DNA of 64,000 nucleotides, taken from Opitutia bacterium UBA3534. GTDB lineage: Bacteria; Verrucomicrobiota; Verrucomicrobiia; Opitutales; UBA3534. The notes beneath the pieces were generated by a model that did not search any database, was not told the DNA's origin, and saw nothing but the letters and a program-made list of their open reading frames with translations. Below, piece by piece: positions 1 through 9,206 of this stretch; positions within the stretch are counted from its first letter, which is position 1, and every line of letters starts with the position of its first letter. Both the position numbers and the translations under genes were made by a program. The DNA is taken from positions 40,659 to 104,658 of the forward strand of contig DFOT01000001.1 in the NCBI GenBank assembly GCA_002376875.1, read 5' to 3'.

Positions 1-2
1 CA

Positions 3-158
3 GATTTCTCGAGCTTACATCAAATTATTCAGCAGGCAGGTACAAGCCTGATTGGTGGAGGCAAGAGGGAGCCTTTGCCTAATAATGAGCAAGAGCAAGA
101 AGAGGAAGATGATCTTTCTAAGGCTGTTGAAAGTATTTTTGGGATATTTGGTAAGTAA
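3..158 (+). CDS. 3' end of a gene starting upstream of the window (51 codons, ...EQEQEEEDDLSKAVESIFGIFGK*), function unknown
   Basis: Frame 3 is open from the window edge to TAA at 156-158. No motif recognised. Confidence 0.3.
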   Translation, partial: DFSSLHQIIQQAGTSLIGGGKREPLPNNEQEQEEEDDLSKAVESIFGIFGK

Positions 159-189
159 ATCTATTAACACATCTAGGGGAGTATGATTC

Positions 190-696
190 ATGAGAACAGT
201 AAGTTCTAAGGTATTAGTATTTAAAGACTATGACTATCATATAGGGCAAGCGCAGGAAGCCCTTAAGCAAAAGAGTCCGGATTATAATACAGCGTTAAGC
301 CACTATCGTACGGTGCTAGTGAATGCTAAGGGTTGTAATGGGACTAGCCCTAAAGAAATCCAGAAACATTATAATCAAGCCTGTAGGGGGTTGATTGATA
401 TGCAGGGGGCTATTCCTTATTTTGATACTTGGTATAAGTCGGGGCCTTATGAAAGCTCTGCGTATGCAGAGTTTGATGGCGTAAGGGTTACCCAAAAACA
501 GCTTGCTGCCTTTGAGGCTCGAGCGATTTTAGAGAACAGCGGAGTGTCTTATTTAGAGGAAGATTACAAAGGCCCTTGTGAGATTCTCTCTTATTTTTTG
601 GATCGTTTGGGTGAGTTTACCTCAGACTGTGTTACACCGGGCGTTGCGGATATGCTGGGCATTAATTTAGGAGAAGAGCACCCCCACCAGGATTAA
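190..696 (+). CDS. hypothetical protein (168 aa)
   Basis: ATG ORF preceded by an AGGGGAG SD-like sequence. No domain recognised by eye. Confidence 0.5.
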   Translation: MRTVSSKVLVFKDYDYHIGQAQEALKQKSPDYNTALSHYRTVLVNAKGCNGTSPKEIQKHYNQACRGLIDMQGAIPYFDTWYKSGPYESSAYAEFDGVRVTQKQLAAFEARAILENSGVSYLEEDYKGPCEILSYFLDRLGEFTSDCVTPGVADMLGINLGEEHPHQD

Positions 697-699
697 TTT

Positions 700-1164
700 A
701 TGAACTATTGGTTATTTAAGTCCGAGCCGGATACCTTTTCTTTTGATCAGTTAAAGGCCTCTAAGAACCGTACTGAGGCTTGGGATGGCGTACGTAATTA
801 CCAGGCGCGTAACTTCATGCGCGATGAAGTGCATTGTGGGGACCTTGTCTTGTTTTATCATTCTAGCTGTGCACAGCCAGGTGTTGTTGGTTTGGCTGAG
901 GTCGTGCGTGAAGCCTACCCAGATCATACTTCTTGGGATAAACAATCAGACTATTATGACCCTAAATCCTCTCAAGAGAACCCACGTTGGTTTATGGTCG
1001 ATATCAAATGGAAGAAGCAATTTCCTCATTTTGTATCCTTGGCTGAGATTAAGGACACGAAAGCTTTGCAGAATATGAAGCTCGTGCAGCGTGGGCAGCG
1101 GCTCTCGATACAACCAGTAACGAAGAAAGAATTTGAGCTTATCTGCTCTTTGGGCGGCCTTTAA
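700..1164 (+). CDS. EVE (PUA-like) domain protein
   Basis: MNYWLFKSEP...WDGVRNYQARNFMRDEV..GDLVLFYHS...PRWFMVDI pattern and ~150 aa size are typical of EVE/DUF55 proteins. Confidence 0.8.
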   Translation: MNYWLFKSEPDTFSFDQLKASKNRTEAWDGVRNYQARNFMRDEVHCGDLVLFYHSSCAQPGVVGLAEVVREAYPDHTSWDKQSDYYDPKSSQENPRWFMVDIKWKKQFPHFVSLAEIKDTKALQNMKLVQRGQRLSIQPVTKKEFELICSLGGL

Positions 1165-2285
1165 CTGACTGCTTGGTATTCTTGCTTCTGGGGGATCCTT
1201 ACAAACAGGGTAGTACCCTTGTTGGTTTCTGTCTCGAAGTGGATCGTTCCTTTGTGGGCCTCGATCATTGACTTGGCAATAGCAGGGCCTAGGCCAATGT
1301 TATTTTCTTTGCCTTCTCCTGAGAAGGGCTTGAAGAAATCGGCTCGGAACTTCTGGGGGATCCCGTTGGCATTATCCTCAACAGTGATCAAGACCTCGTT
1401 GCCATCGGGCTTGCCTGTGATAGTAATATGTCCGCGAGGCTCGCCTGAGACTCTATCTTTCTTGAGGGCTTGGGTGGCATTGTAAACAAGGCTTTGGATT
1501 GCACGTAGGAGTTTGTGCTTATCCCCTTCGATCAGGGTATCCTCAGTATTGATTGTAATGTCATAATTTTCATCCTCAAGCGGGATAGGATTAAGCTCTT
1601 GGAAGAGACCAAAGAGCTCTGAAAGGAGGAAGCGTTCGATCTTTAGAGCTTTTTGACCTTGGACGTAGTCGCTGATGTCATTAGCCATTTTTACCATGTG
1701 ATCAATTTGTTGCTCGATTGACTGGCAGTAGTGGAGGGCTTTTTCATTTTTAACTTCACAGGCTAGCATCTGAGCAGAGAGGCTAATGACGTTGAAGGGG
1801 GTGTTGAAATCTTCGATAAGGCTTTGGACCATACTGCCTACGACCGAGAGCTTCTCTTGCTCGATCATATCCTTAACATATTGCCCTGTTATCCCATGGA
1901 GGTGGTTGATAATGCTCTGGAAGAAGGTCAGGACAAGCTTCGGGGTGTTTTCGATGAACTGTTGGAGCTGTTCTTTGTTAAGATGGCCAAGTCTGACTTT
2001 TGTCTTGGCTTGGGCAGCTGCAGAGCGTGGTTCCCCTGTGAAAGCGCCAACTTCTCCAAAAAAAGTACCTGGGCCACTTGTATTTAAGCTTTGGCTCTCG
2101 TATTCATTGAGCCGTTTAGTGAAAAGGATTTCTCCTTCTAGGATAAAGTAAATCCCTCCGGATGGGGCTCCTTCTTCAAAAATGACATCTCCGGCTTGAT
2201 ATTCACGGGTGGTGATTTGTTTAATGAGGTTCTGGGCCTCTTCGGGAGAGAATGTTTTGAAAAAGGGGTGTTCCTCGACTTTCAT
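1161..2285 (-). CDS. cyclic-nucleotide-binding domain protein fused to a histidine-kinase-like DHp/HATPase module (H-box His apparently replaced by Glu)
   Basis: N-terminal cNMP-binding signature FFGEVGAFTGEPRSAAA. C-terminal N-box (LVYNATQAL), G1-like (VEDNANGIP), F (FFKPF) and G2 (IGLGPAIAKSMI) boxes. The H-box region reads SLIEDFNTPF. Confidence 0.8.
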   Translation of the reverse strand: MKVEEHPFFKTFSPEEAQNLIKQITTREYQAGDVIFEEGAPSGGIYFILEGEILFTKRLNEYESQSLNTSGPGTFFGEVGAFTGEPRSAAAQAKTKVRLGHLNKEQLQQFIENTPKLVLTFFQSIINHLHGITGQYVKDMIEQEKLSVVGSMVQSLIEDFNTPFNVISLSAQMLACEVKNEKALHYCQSIEQQIDHMVKMANDISDYVQGQKALKIERFLLSELFGLFQELNPIPLEDENYDITINTEDTLIEGDKHKLLRAIQSLVYNATQALKKDRVSGEPRGHITITGKPDGNEVLITVEDNANGIPQKFRADFFKPFSGEGKENNIGLGPAIAKSMIEAHKGTIHFETETNKGTTLFVRIPQKQEYQAVS

Positions 2286-2399
2286 GGGGAGTGAAACTTA
2301 GTTAGTGATAGCCTACCTTATAAGAGTCTCTCATCAGAGTCGAGCCTCTTTTGTTTGTTCAAGGTTGCTTCTATTAGAATAACATCTAAATATTCTATT

Positions 2400-4244
2400 A
2401 TGAGATTTCCTGGTGCCTCGATTGTATTAAGCCTGCTGCTCTGTCATGGAGTATGGGCTGGTGAGGTTATCTTGGTAAACAAAACTCAAGAGGTTGGAGG
2501 ACCAGAGTATCTAGAGCTTGAAAACAGTACTGAAGAGCAAGCAGGGTTTACAGCTTTTGAGGATGAAGGGATTATCTCTCTTTTAGAAAAACAACCTGGG
2601 GTTTATTGCCCTGAGTTTGGGGGGAATGCTTCTTTATTTGTACGGGGCACCTCGAGTGACCATACTGCTTGTTTTCTAGAAGGCCGGCGGCTCAATGGAG
2701 GGCTTGCACGTCAATATCCGATTTCCGATATTCATCCAGGAGGGGTCGGGCAGGTTGATAGTGTTAATGGGGCTACCTCTACCCCTTATGGAGCTGAAGG
2801 GATCGGTGGTGCTGTATTAATCAATACGCGCAAAGTTTCTGTGCGTAATGGGTACACGGGGGAGTTGATTACTAGTAGAGGAGCGTATGGGAAACAGCGT
2901 GAGGCTATTGATTTTGAATTAAATGAAGGGCCTTTAAGTATTTCTGCAAGCTCTCAGACGAAAAGTGTCCACCAAGGCGTCCCTAATAGCAAATGTCGGG
3001 GGGTGTCTGTTTTGCCGCATTTGGCATATCGCTTGAATGAGGCCGTGAGCCTTCAGCTCTTGGGGCTTTACACGCAAAAAGATGAAGGCTTACCAGGAGA
3101 TAATGCAACACAGCGTTTTCCTCGTCTAGAGGACTTTCAAAAGACAAAGTCGTGGATGATTTCTCCTGGGGTCGTTTTTGGAGATAAAGATGAGCTGAGT
3201 GGGAATTGCTTTTGGGCGCACTCAGAGCATCAGCTTGTAGCAAGGACAAATGCTCAAGGAAATGTGTCTTTTAACGATAGTCGTGCGTTGCAGGATGAGC
3301 TTAGTTTACAGCTAGAGTATGGGCGTTTGGCTTCTTGGTCTTTTGCAGGGGGGGTGAATGCGATGAATATGGATTTCTCGAGGCAGAAGCTAGTAGGGGA
3401 TAAGGCTAAGTGGGAGAAATCCTGGCAAGAGCTCGGTGTGTGGGGAGAAACTCAATACACTTTTGATCAAGGTTTAAGCCTGAGTGCTGGCGGGCGTATC
3501 ACTCATTATAGTGCCTTTGATGATCCTGCTACATTTTCTTTAAAAGTTTCACAAGCTTTTGAAGCAATGACTGTGTTTGCACAAGTTGCTAGTGCGTATG
3601 CCCCTCCTACAGCGATGGACCTTGCTTACCAGGGAAACAGGGACGAGCGCTTGCAGGCAGAAAGAAGTTTATCTTGGGAACTCGGGGTGAAGCGCTCCTT
3701 TTATGAAGAGCATATCCAGGTGCAAGCGCTTGTTTTTCAAAATACTATTCATAACTTAATCGATTACCGCTATAATACTGATCAGGGGCGTTTTGATACT
3801 CTTAATATAGGAGAGGCACTGACTGAAGGGCTTGAGTTTTCAGCCCGTTATGCTCTTGTAGATAGCTTTTCAGCTTATGCAAATTATACTTACCTAACCG
3901 CACTGAACAAAACGACAAGCTTAGTGAATCAGGCAGGAGGGCGTTTGGCCCGTCGCCCACGACATCAGGTTAATGTCGGTGTTGTACTGATTCCTGTTCG
4001 AGACCTCAATATAGGAGCGCAGCTCACGAGCTTGTTTGCACGCCAGGATGTGCATGCAGCGACTTTCGAAAGAATCCGAGGCGATGATATTGCTAAGCTA
4101 CGAATTTTTGCTTCTTGGGGGGAGCCTGAAGGTATGCAAGTCTTTGGCCAGCTGGATAATGCGCTTAATCAGCGTAATGCACAAGCACATGGCTATCCGG
4201 CTTTGGGTATTAATGGGGAAATCGGGGTGCGACTCCTATGGTAA
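2400..4244 (+). CDS. TonB-dependent outer-membrane receptor, BtuB-like
   Basis: Signal peptide MRFPGASIVLSLLLCHGVWAG starts at the in-frame ATG at 2400; the track ORF begins at TTG 2355. Plug motif SLFVRGTSSDHTACFLEGRRLNG, long beta-barrel region and terminal aromatic residue (..VRLLW). Confidence 0.85.
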   Translation: MRFPGASIVLSLLLCHGVWAGEVILVNKTQEVGGPEYLELENSTEEQAGFTAFEDEGIISLLEKQPGVYCPEFGGNASLFVRGTSSDHTACFLEGRRLNGGLARQYPISDIHPGGVGQVDSVNGATSTPYGAEGIGGAVLINTRKVSVRNGYTGELITSRGAYGKQREAIDFELNEGPLSISASSQTKSVHQGVPNSKCRGVSVLPHLAYRLNEAVSLQLLGLYTQKDEGLPGDNATQRFPRLEDFQKTKSWMISPGVVFGDKDELSGNCFWAHSEHQLVARTNAQGNVSFNDSRALQDELSLQLEYGRLASWSFAGGVNAMNMDFSRQKLVGDKAKWEKSWQELGVWGETQYTFDQGLSLSAGGRITHYSAFDDPATFSLKVSQAFEAMTVFAQVASAYAPPTAMDLAYQGNRDERLQAERSLSWELGVKRSFYEEHIQVQALVFQNTIHNLIDYRYNTDQGRFDTLNIGEALTEGLEFSARYALVDSFSAYANYTYLTALNKTTSLVNQAGGRLARRPRHQVNVGVVLIPVRDLNIGAQLTSLFARQDVHAATFERIRGDDIAKLRIFASWGEPEGMQVFGQLDNALNQRNAQAHGYPALGINGEIGVRLLW

Positions 4245-5041
4245 AGCGGCTCTTTTGTTTTTTTATATTCTGGGGGTTAGCCTCCTCATTGTGGGCGATT
4301 CCTTTGCGTGTGGTAAGTTTGGCACCGAGTGTTACTCAAACCATTTGTGCCTTAGGGGCTGAAGAACGTTTAGTAGGGGTAACGCGATTTTGTGACGGTC
4401 CCGCCGAGGCTGCGATCGTAGGCGGGTTAGGGGACCCGAACTATGAAATAATTGTGGCCCTAGCACCAGACTTAGTCTGCTTATCAGGGCTTTCTGGGCA
4501 GGCTGTTGAGGAGCACTTAAAAAGCTTAGGCCTCAATACGTTAATGACTAGTCATGAAGGCTTTGAAGGGATACTCACAGACATCGAGCGAGTAGGGGAG
4601 GTTCTAGGGCTGGAGGAAGAAGCCGAGGCCCTCACCCAGGGGATGCATAATACTCAACAGGCTATTGAAGCGCATGCAGCCGAACTTCCCAGAAAGCGTG
4701 TATTGTTTTTATTAGGACAGGACCATACTTACTCTGTTGGCCCTCAGTCTTTTATACACGATATTATAACGAGCGCAGGTGGTGAGAATATTGCTGCTGC
4801 GGTGCCAATGCCTTGGCCGCACTTGTCGCGGGAGTTTATTTTGGGGCAAGACCCTGAGTTTATTTTTATTGCTAACAAAAAAGACTTGGATATTATTAGT
4901 TTACAGAACGATCCATTTTGGAGCCAACTTGCCGCAGTGCGTGCGGGTAAGGTTTACAAGGTGGATCAGAAAACGATCCATGTCCCTGGTCCTCATGTAG
5001 TAGAGGCCCTGGTGGCTATCCACCAATGTCTAGAGTACTAA
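4238..5041 (+). CDS. periplasmic substrate-binding protein of the BtuF/FecB (cobalamin/iron-siderophore) type
   Basis: Signal peptide. RVVSLAPSVTQTICALGAEERLVGVT and DPEFIFI motifs are typical of Peripla_BP_2 proteins. Overlaps the receptor gene by 7 nt. Confidence 0.7.
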   Translation: MVKRLFCFFIFWGLASSLWAIPLRVVSLAPSVTQTICALGAEERLVGVTRFCDGPAEAAIVGGLGDPNYEIIVALAPDLVCLSGLSGQAVEEHLKSLGLNTLMTSHEGFEGILTDIERVGEVLGLEEEAEALTQGMHNTQQAIEAHAAELPRKRVLFLLGQDHTYSVGPQSFIHDIITSAGGENIAAAVPMPWPHLSREFILGQDPEFIFIANKKDLDIISLQNDPFWSQLAAVRAGKVYKVDQKTIHVPGPHVVEALVAIHQCLEY

Positions 5042-5388
5042 CCATCAGCCTACTATTTCTCGGCTTAAGTATAAGCTCCTTGGAGGCTAAGCCCTTGAAC
5101 CTGGGGCGGCGGGTTTATGAGCCTTCTTGGGAGGGCCCTAAGCATGAGTGGCAAAAAAAGCGCTTTACCCAGCGGGCTTTCTCTAAGAAGGAAAGCGCCT
5201 ACTTGCGCTTCAATAAGCCTGAGCCTAGGCGGCAAACCCCGAAAAAAAGCCAAGAAGAGGCTGTTGAACTTCGTTTGGGGCAGATCAATAAGTACCAATT
5301 CCGCTCGGATCGGGCCTCTGACCCTGTAGCCCCACGGCAGCGAGCCGGTGAGAAAGCTTCTGCTTATAGGGGATCTTCAGGCTTGTAA
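5026..5388 (+). CDS. hypothetical secreted basic protein (120 aa)
   Basis: N-terminal signal-like MSRVLTISLLFLGLSISSLEA followed by a K/R/P-rich sequence. No homolog recognised. Confidence 0.4.
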   Translation: MSRVLTISLLFLGLSISSLEAKPLNLGRRVYEPSWEGPKHEWQKKRFTQRAFSKKESAYLRFNKPEPRRQTPKKSQEEAVELRLGQINKYQFRSDRASDPVAPRQRAGEKASAYRGSSGL

Positions 5389-5429
5389 GCTATTGTTGGT
5401 GGGGAGCTTAGTGGGCCTCTTTAATGATA

Positions 5430-5458
5430 TTGACATATCGTATCTATTTTAATAAAAT
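5430..5458 (+). promoter_or_regulatory. sigma70-type promoter candidate for the translocon operon (TTGACA-17 nt-TAAAAT)
   Basis: TTGACA at 5430-5435, a 17-nt spacer, and TAAAAT at 5453-5458, about 90 nt upstream of the ATG at 5549. Confidence 0.45.
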
Positions 5459-5548
5459 AGTAGGAGCGTTTAAGTTCAGAGCTATCTGTGCTTAGGACGT
5501 CGATTACATGTAGTGAGTTGATATCAATATAAAAAGGAGAACTTAAAT

Positions 5549-5878
5549 ATGAGTGATAAAGACAAGCGTGAAAAAGAGCTCGATGCGCTTCAAAAGAAGG
5601 TAGAAGAGCAAATCACTGAGACCGATACACTGATTGCTCAAGCAAAAAAGCAATGTGAAGATCGTGATCAAATCTTTTCGGCAAAAGGAATCAGTCCAGA
5701 TTCGATTGATAAAGTTGTAGAGTCAGATTTTGCATCTGACCAAGATAGAAAATTAATCGAAGCAGAAAGAAAACAGTTCCTTAAGGAACTTGCTGATGAT
5801 GAAAAGCAATTAGAGAAAGATCTTAAGGCTGGAAAGTCAACAGGCTCTAAAAAAACAAAAGGTCGCATTGCGATATAA
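5549..5878 (+). CDS. small charged coiled-coil protein; candidate T3SS chaperone/regulator (position and size analogous to SseA/CesAB/LcrG)
   Basis: Strong SD (AAAAGGAGA). 109 aa, heptad-like K/E/D/Q-rich sequence. It is the first gene of the translocon operon. The function call rests on synteny only. Confidence 0.5.
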   Translation: MSDKDKREKELDALQKKVEEQITETDTLIAQAKKQCEDRDQIFSAKGISPDSIDKVVESDFASDQDRKLIEAERKQFLKELADDEKQLEKDLKAGKSTGSKKTKGRIAI

Positions 5879-5903
5879 TCTTTAAAACTAGGAGGACTCG
5901 ACC

Positions 5904-6413
5904 ATGTCTAATATAAGTAATGTAGGAGGAATCAGTTTTTCATTTTCTGCTGAAGAGCTTGGTAATATGTCTGTAGAAGATGCCGCGGTTGCTATTCTTG
6001 CAAATAAAGCATCATTGATGGATAAAAAAGTACGTGGAGACATTGAAGCAATGCAGGATAAAAATGCTAAACTTAAGAAAGCTAATGATATGCTCGCAAA
6101 AGCGCGTGCTGCTTTTGGATCTGTTGATGACGACGACGATGCTAAACTGCCTTCAGAGGTGAAGGACTTTATGGAGGATAACGGTATTGAAATCCCTAAG
6201 CATTCTAGTGAGCTTGAGAAAGCAGGTCGTGATGCTGTAGTTAACAACCTACAAGGATATACGCAGCAGTTTACTGATGAAAATCAGCTTGAAACAACAA
6301 AGTTTCAGCAAGTGCTTGGGAAGCAGCAACGTGCTAATGAAATGGTTTCTCAGGTCTTACAAAAGATGTCTGAAGGGCTTAATGCACGGGCTAAGGACTT
6401 AGGACGCGCATAA
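5904..6413 (+). CDS. EspA/SseB-like secreted T3SS filament/tip-type protein (169 aa)
   Basis: SD TAGGAGGA. Helical N- and C-terminal segments flank LPSEVKDFMEDNGIEIP, which recalls the V/IPxDVxKYMRDNGI core of SseB/EspA (from memory). It sits directly upstream of the SycD-like chaperone. Confidence 0.5.
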   Translation: MSNISNVGGISFSFSAEELGNMSVEDAAVAILANKASLMDKKVRGDIEAMQDKNAKLKKANDMLAKARAAFGSVDDDDDAKLPSEVKDFMEDNGIEIPKHSSELEKAGRDAVVNNLQGYTQQFTDENQLETTKFQQVLGKQQRANEMVSQVLQKMSEGLNARAKDLGRA

Positions 6414-6448
6414 GTTAGTTTATTAATCATTAATCGGAAGGAAATGTT

Positions 6449-6949
6449 ATGAGTAGCAAACCTCATAAAGTAATTACTGAAAAAGAGTATCAGGCACTCG
6501 TTGAAAAGGTTTTGAACGAATCCTATACGTTTAGGGAGGTTCAAGGCATTAGTGACGAGAGTATGGATGCTATTTATAGCATTGCCTACAGTCTCTACCA
6601 GAACTCCAAGTATGAGGACGCACACAAAGTGTTCCAGTTCTTGTGCTTTTATGACCATTACGAGAAACGGTATTGGTTAGGCCTAGCGGCATGCCGCCAA
6701 ATGCTTAAAGAATATGAAGGCGCTGTGGATGCTTATGGCTTTGCAGCGTTTTTAGATACGGATGATCCTAAGATTCCGTTGTATGCAGCTGACTGTTTAT
6801 TAGCCTCAGGCGATAAAGAGCGCGCTCAGCATGCATTAGAGTCTGTTGTTGAGTTCGCGGGTAATAAGAAAGACCACAAGAGCTTGAAGGAGCGTGCGCA
6901 AAATATTCTGGGCTTGATTCAGGATGACAATAAAAAAGGAGGGAAATAA
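6449..6949 (+). CDS. T3SS class II (translocator) chaperone, TPR, SycD/LcrH/CesD family
   Basis: YSIAYSLYQNSKYEDAHKVFQFLCFYDHYEKRYWLGLAACRQMLKEYEGAVDAYGFAAFLD..PKIPLYAADCLL aligns by eye almost residue for residue with the SycD/LcrH pattern. Size 166 aa. Confidence 0.9.
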   Translation: MSSKPHKVITEKEYQALVEKVLNESYTFREVQGISDESMDAIYSIAYSLYQNSKYEDAHKVFQFLCFYDHYEKRYWLGLAACRQMLKEYEGAVDAYGFAAFLDTDDPKIPLYAADCLLASGDKERAQHALESVVEFAGNKKDHKSLKERAQNILGLIQDDNKKGGK

Positions 6950-6950
6950 G

Positions 6951-8147
6951 ATGAGTAATATAAGCGGACCAGAAAGAAATCGCTCTGCGGGAGACTCGTC
7001 AAAGATAGGACTTGATCCTTCCGTAAAGACGCTAAAGACCGAAGTCAGTGGCATTCTTTTCGATACGGACCTTATTATCGAAGAGGTTGGTAAGAAGGGT
7101 AAAAAAGACTCTTCCGGTGGAGAAGTCGGCAAACCTGTTCTTGAAGCGCCTGCAAAAGATTCCTCTCATTACAGTGCAGAGGCTTCTAAGGCTGCGGCTG
7201 AGCAAATGTCGATAGACCCTGAAGGGTTTAAGTCACGCGCTAAAGAAGCGGGTGTAGATGATGTCTCCTTCGAAACCTTTGAGAAAGTCCTTAAAGAGGA
7301 AACGAAAGGCTCTGAGCTTGAGGGGATTGACCCTATGCTAGCCTTTATGGCGCTTAAGGATAAGCTCTTGGGTGAAGGGGTGCGTTCAGCCTCAGAAGGC
7401 GCGCAAGCGCGTATCAACCAACAGAAAAAAGCGACTGAAGCACGCTCAAAGAAAATCCTAGAAGCGGGTCAGAAAAAGGAAAAGAGCGGCTTCTGGGGTA
7501 AGATTGCAACCGTGGCTAAATGGGTAGCAGCTGTAGCGAGTATTGTGGCTGCAACAGCTGCGGTAGTTGTTTCGGGTGGTGCAGCCGCGCCTTTATTGGC
7601 TGCAGCGATCATCGGGGTTGCTTTGATGATTGATAGTGCTACTGGGGGCCATGCGATGAATGCGCTGGGCTCGGGTGCCTCGAAAGTATTGCAAGGCATG
7701 GGTATGGACAAAGACTCTGCTGATAAGTGGGGTAAGGTCGCTGCTAACGTAGCGGTTGTTGCCGTTCAAATCGGACTCATCATTGCTTCAGCAGGAATGT
7801 CAGCGCCTCAGGCGGGTCAGACCATCGTACAAATGAGTGATAAGGCTATTATGGCAGCTAACGCAGCGAAGACTGCTGGCCAGGTTGCCTCATCAGCTTC
7901 ATCGGTTGCAGGAGGCGTGTCTAGTGGCGTGCAGGCAGGGTATGAATACTCTGCGATACAGACGCAGGCGGATGCTACTCAAATTAAAGCGATGCTCGAG
8001 AAGTTGAAGCAGTACTTCGATGATGACTCAGAATTCATGAAGGCCTTAGTCAAAGCCCAGCAAGATAATGTTGAGTCTGCTACAGATATGGTAGCTTCAG
8101 ACGCATCGAGCAAAGCTCAGGTGACCAAAGGAACTTCAGGTGTATAA
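6951..8147 (+). CDS. sctE: T3SS major hydrophobic translocator-like protein (YopB/SseC/CopB-type topology)
   Basis: Start placed at ATG 6951 (MSNISGP), 7 nt after the AAGGAGGG SD; the track ORF starts 27 nt earlier, inside the chaperone gene. Hydrophobic hairpin FWGKIATVAKWVAAVASIVAATAAVVVSGGAAAPLLAAAIIGVALMI plus a second segment WGKVAANVAVVAVQIGLIIASAGM. Follows the class II chaperone. Confidence 0.7.
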   Translation: MSNISGPERNRSAGDSSKIGLDPSVKTLKTEVSGILFDTDLIIEEVGKKGKKDSSGGEVGKPVLEAPAKDSSHYSAEASKAAAEQMSIDPEGFKSRAKEAGVDDVSFETFEKVLKEETKGSELEGIDPMLAFMALKDKLLGEGVRSASEGAQARINQQKKATEARSKKILEAGQKKEKSGFWGKIATVAKWVAAVASIVAATAAVVVSGGAAAPLLAAAIIGVALMIDSATGGHAMNALGSGASKVLQGMGMDKDSADKWGKVAANVAVVAVQIGLIIASAGMSAPQAGQTIVQMSDKAIMAANAAKTAGQVASSASSVAGGVSSGVQAGYEYSAIQTQADATQIKAMLEKLKQYFDDDSEFMKALVKAQQDNVESATDMVASDASSKAQVTKGTSGV

Positions 8148-8190
8148 ACAACAAGAGCTTACAATAATCGATTAAAAGGAGGAAATAATT

Positions 8191-9105
8191 ATGTCAAACG
8201 TAACAGGACCCGGAGGGCCTAAAGACCCTAGTAAGGATTTTCGGATTGAAGACCCTTCCTTAGAACCCCCTGGCACACCAAAGAAAAAAATACTTAAGCC
8301 AGGCCAACAAGCTAATCTAGAAATTAGCGAGACAGACGGAAAGAGGCTTGATGATCGTAGTGGTGCATCAGGCGACTCCGTAAAGTCTAAGGTAGCTGAT
8401 TCTATAAGCATCAGTGATGATGCAACGACTGTAAAGATTGACTTTAACCAGCTGGCGGAAGTCTTCTTTATGATGGCGCTTCAAGCACGCAGGGGGGCTC
8501 GAGAAGGCCGCCTTGCGCAGCAAGAGTCAACCCAGAAGTCTTTAAAGGCCGAGGAAAAGCATATCCGTGATAAGGCATGGATTACGCTGACTACAGGGTT
8601 AGCTGCTGCTGGTATGGAAGCAGCAGGAGGTGCTTATGGAACCTTTAAGGGTGCACAAAACTTGAGTCAGATTTCTCAGGCTGCAACCGCATCAACAGCT
8701 ACAGCAGATGCTGTAGGAGAGGCGGCTACGGATGTTGCACAACAAGCGAGTGCCTCCACTTCAAAGGCTACAGATGCTGTTACTGAAACCGCAAGTAAGA
8801 TTCAGTCAGAAACTTCGAGTATCTTTAGTAAACTGGATGCGCAAAGTGGCTTGACTCGAGCCAAGACAGAAATTCTTGGTGGGGTAGGTCAAGGGGTTAG
8901 TGCCTCAGGCTCTGCTGCAGCTACCACTGAAGAGGCTGAGCAAGCCGAAGAGCGTGCTGCTGCTGAAAAAGGAAGGTCAGCCGCTGATACTGAAAAGGAG
9001 TTTTATGACTCTATGAATAAAATTGTCAGTGACATGCTTTCGATGATTCAGCAGGTTGCTCAGACCAAGCTAGAAACACAAAAGAAGATTATCGAAAACA
9101 TCTAG
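8191..9105 (+). CDS. sctB: T3SS minor translocator-like protein (YopD/CopD-type layout)
   Basis: SD AAAAGGAGGA. 304 aa with one central hydrophobic segment (AWITLTTGLAAAGMEAAGGAYGTF) and a C-terminal amphipathic helix (MNKIVSDMLSMIQQVAQTKLE). Last gene of the operon. Confidence 0.6.
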   Translation: MSNVTGPGGPKDPSKDFRIEDPSLEPPGTPKKKILKPGQQANLEISETDGKRLDDRSGASGDSVKSKVADSISISDDATTVKIDFNQLAEVFFMMALQARRGAREGRLAQQESTQKSLKAEEKHIRDKAWITLTTGLAAAGMEAAGGAYGTFKGAQNLSQISQAATASTATADAVGEAATDVAQQASASTSKATDAVTETASKIQSETSSIFSKLDAQSGLTRAKTEILGGVGQGVSASGSAAATTEEAEQAEERAAAEKGRSAADTEKEFYDSMNKIVSDMLSMIQQVAQTKLETQKKIIENI

Positions 9106-9206
9106 ATTATTGATTAGAGCCTTCGATTTTTAATCCAAGGCTTGGGAGAAGTTAATGAAATAAAGTAGTTATTTCCTTTTTAGGTAGGGTCTAAAGTTCT
9201 CTGCCA

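Noticed and set aside
2286-2399. Possible cobalamin riboswitch upstream of the BtuB-like receptor
   Set aside because: The region is only ~115 nt and no B12-box-like or conserved stem pattern is visible by eye. A covariance-model scan would still be needed for certainty.
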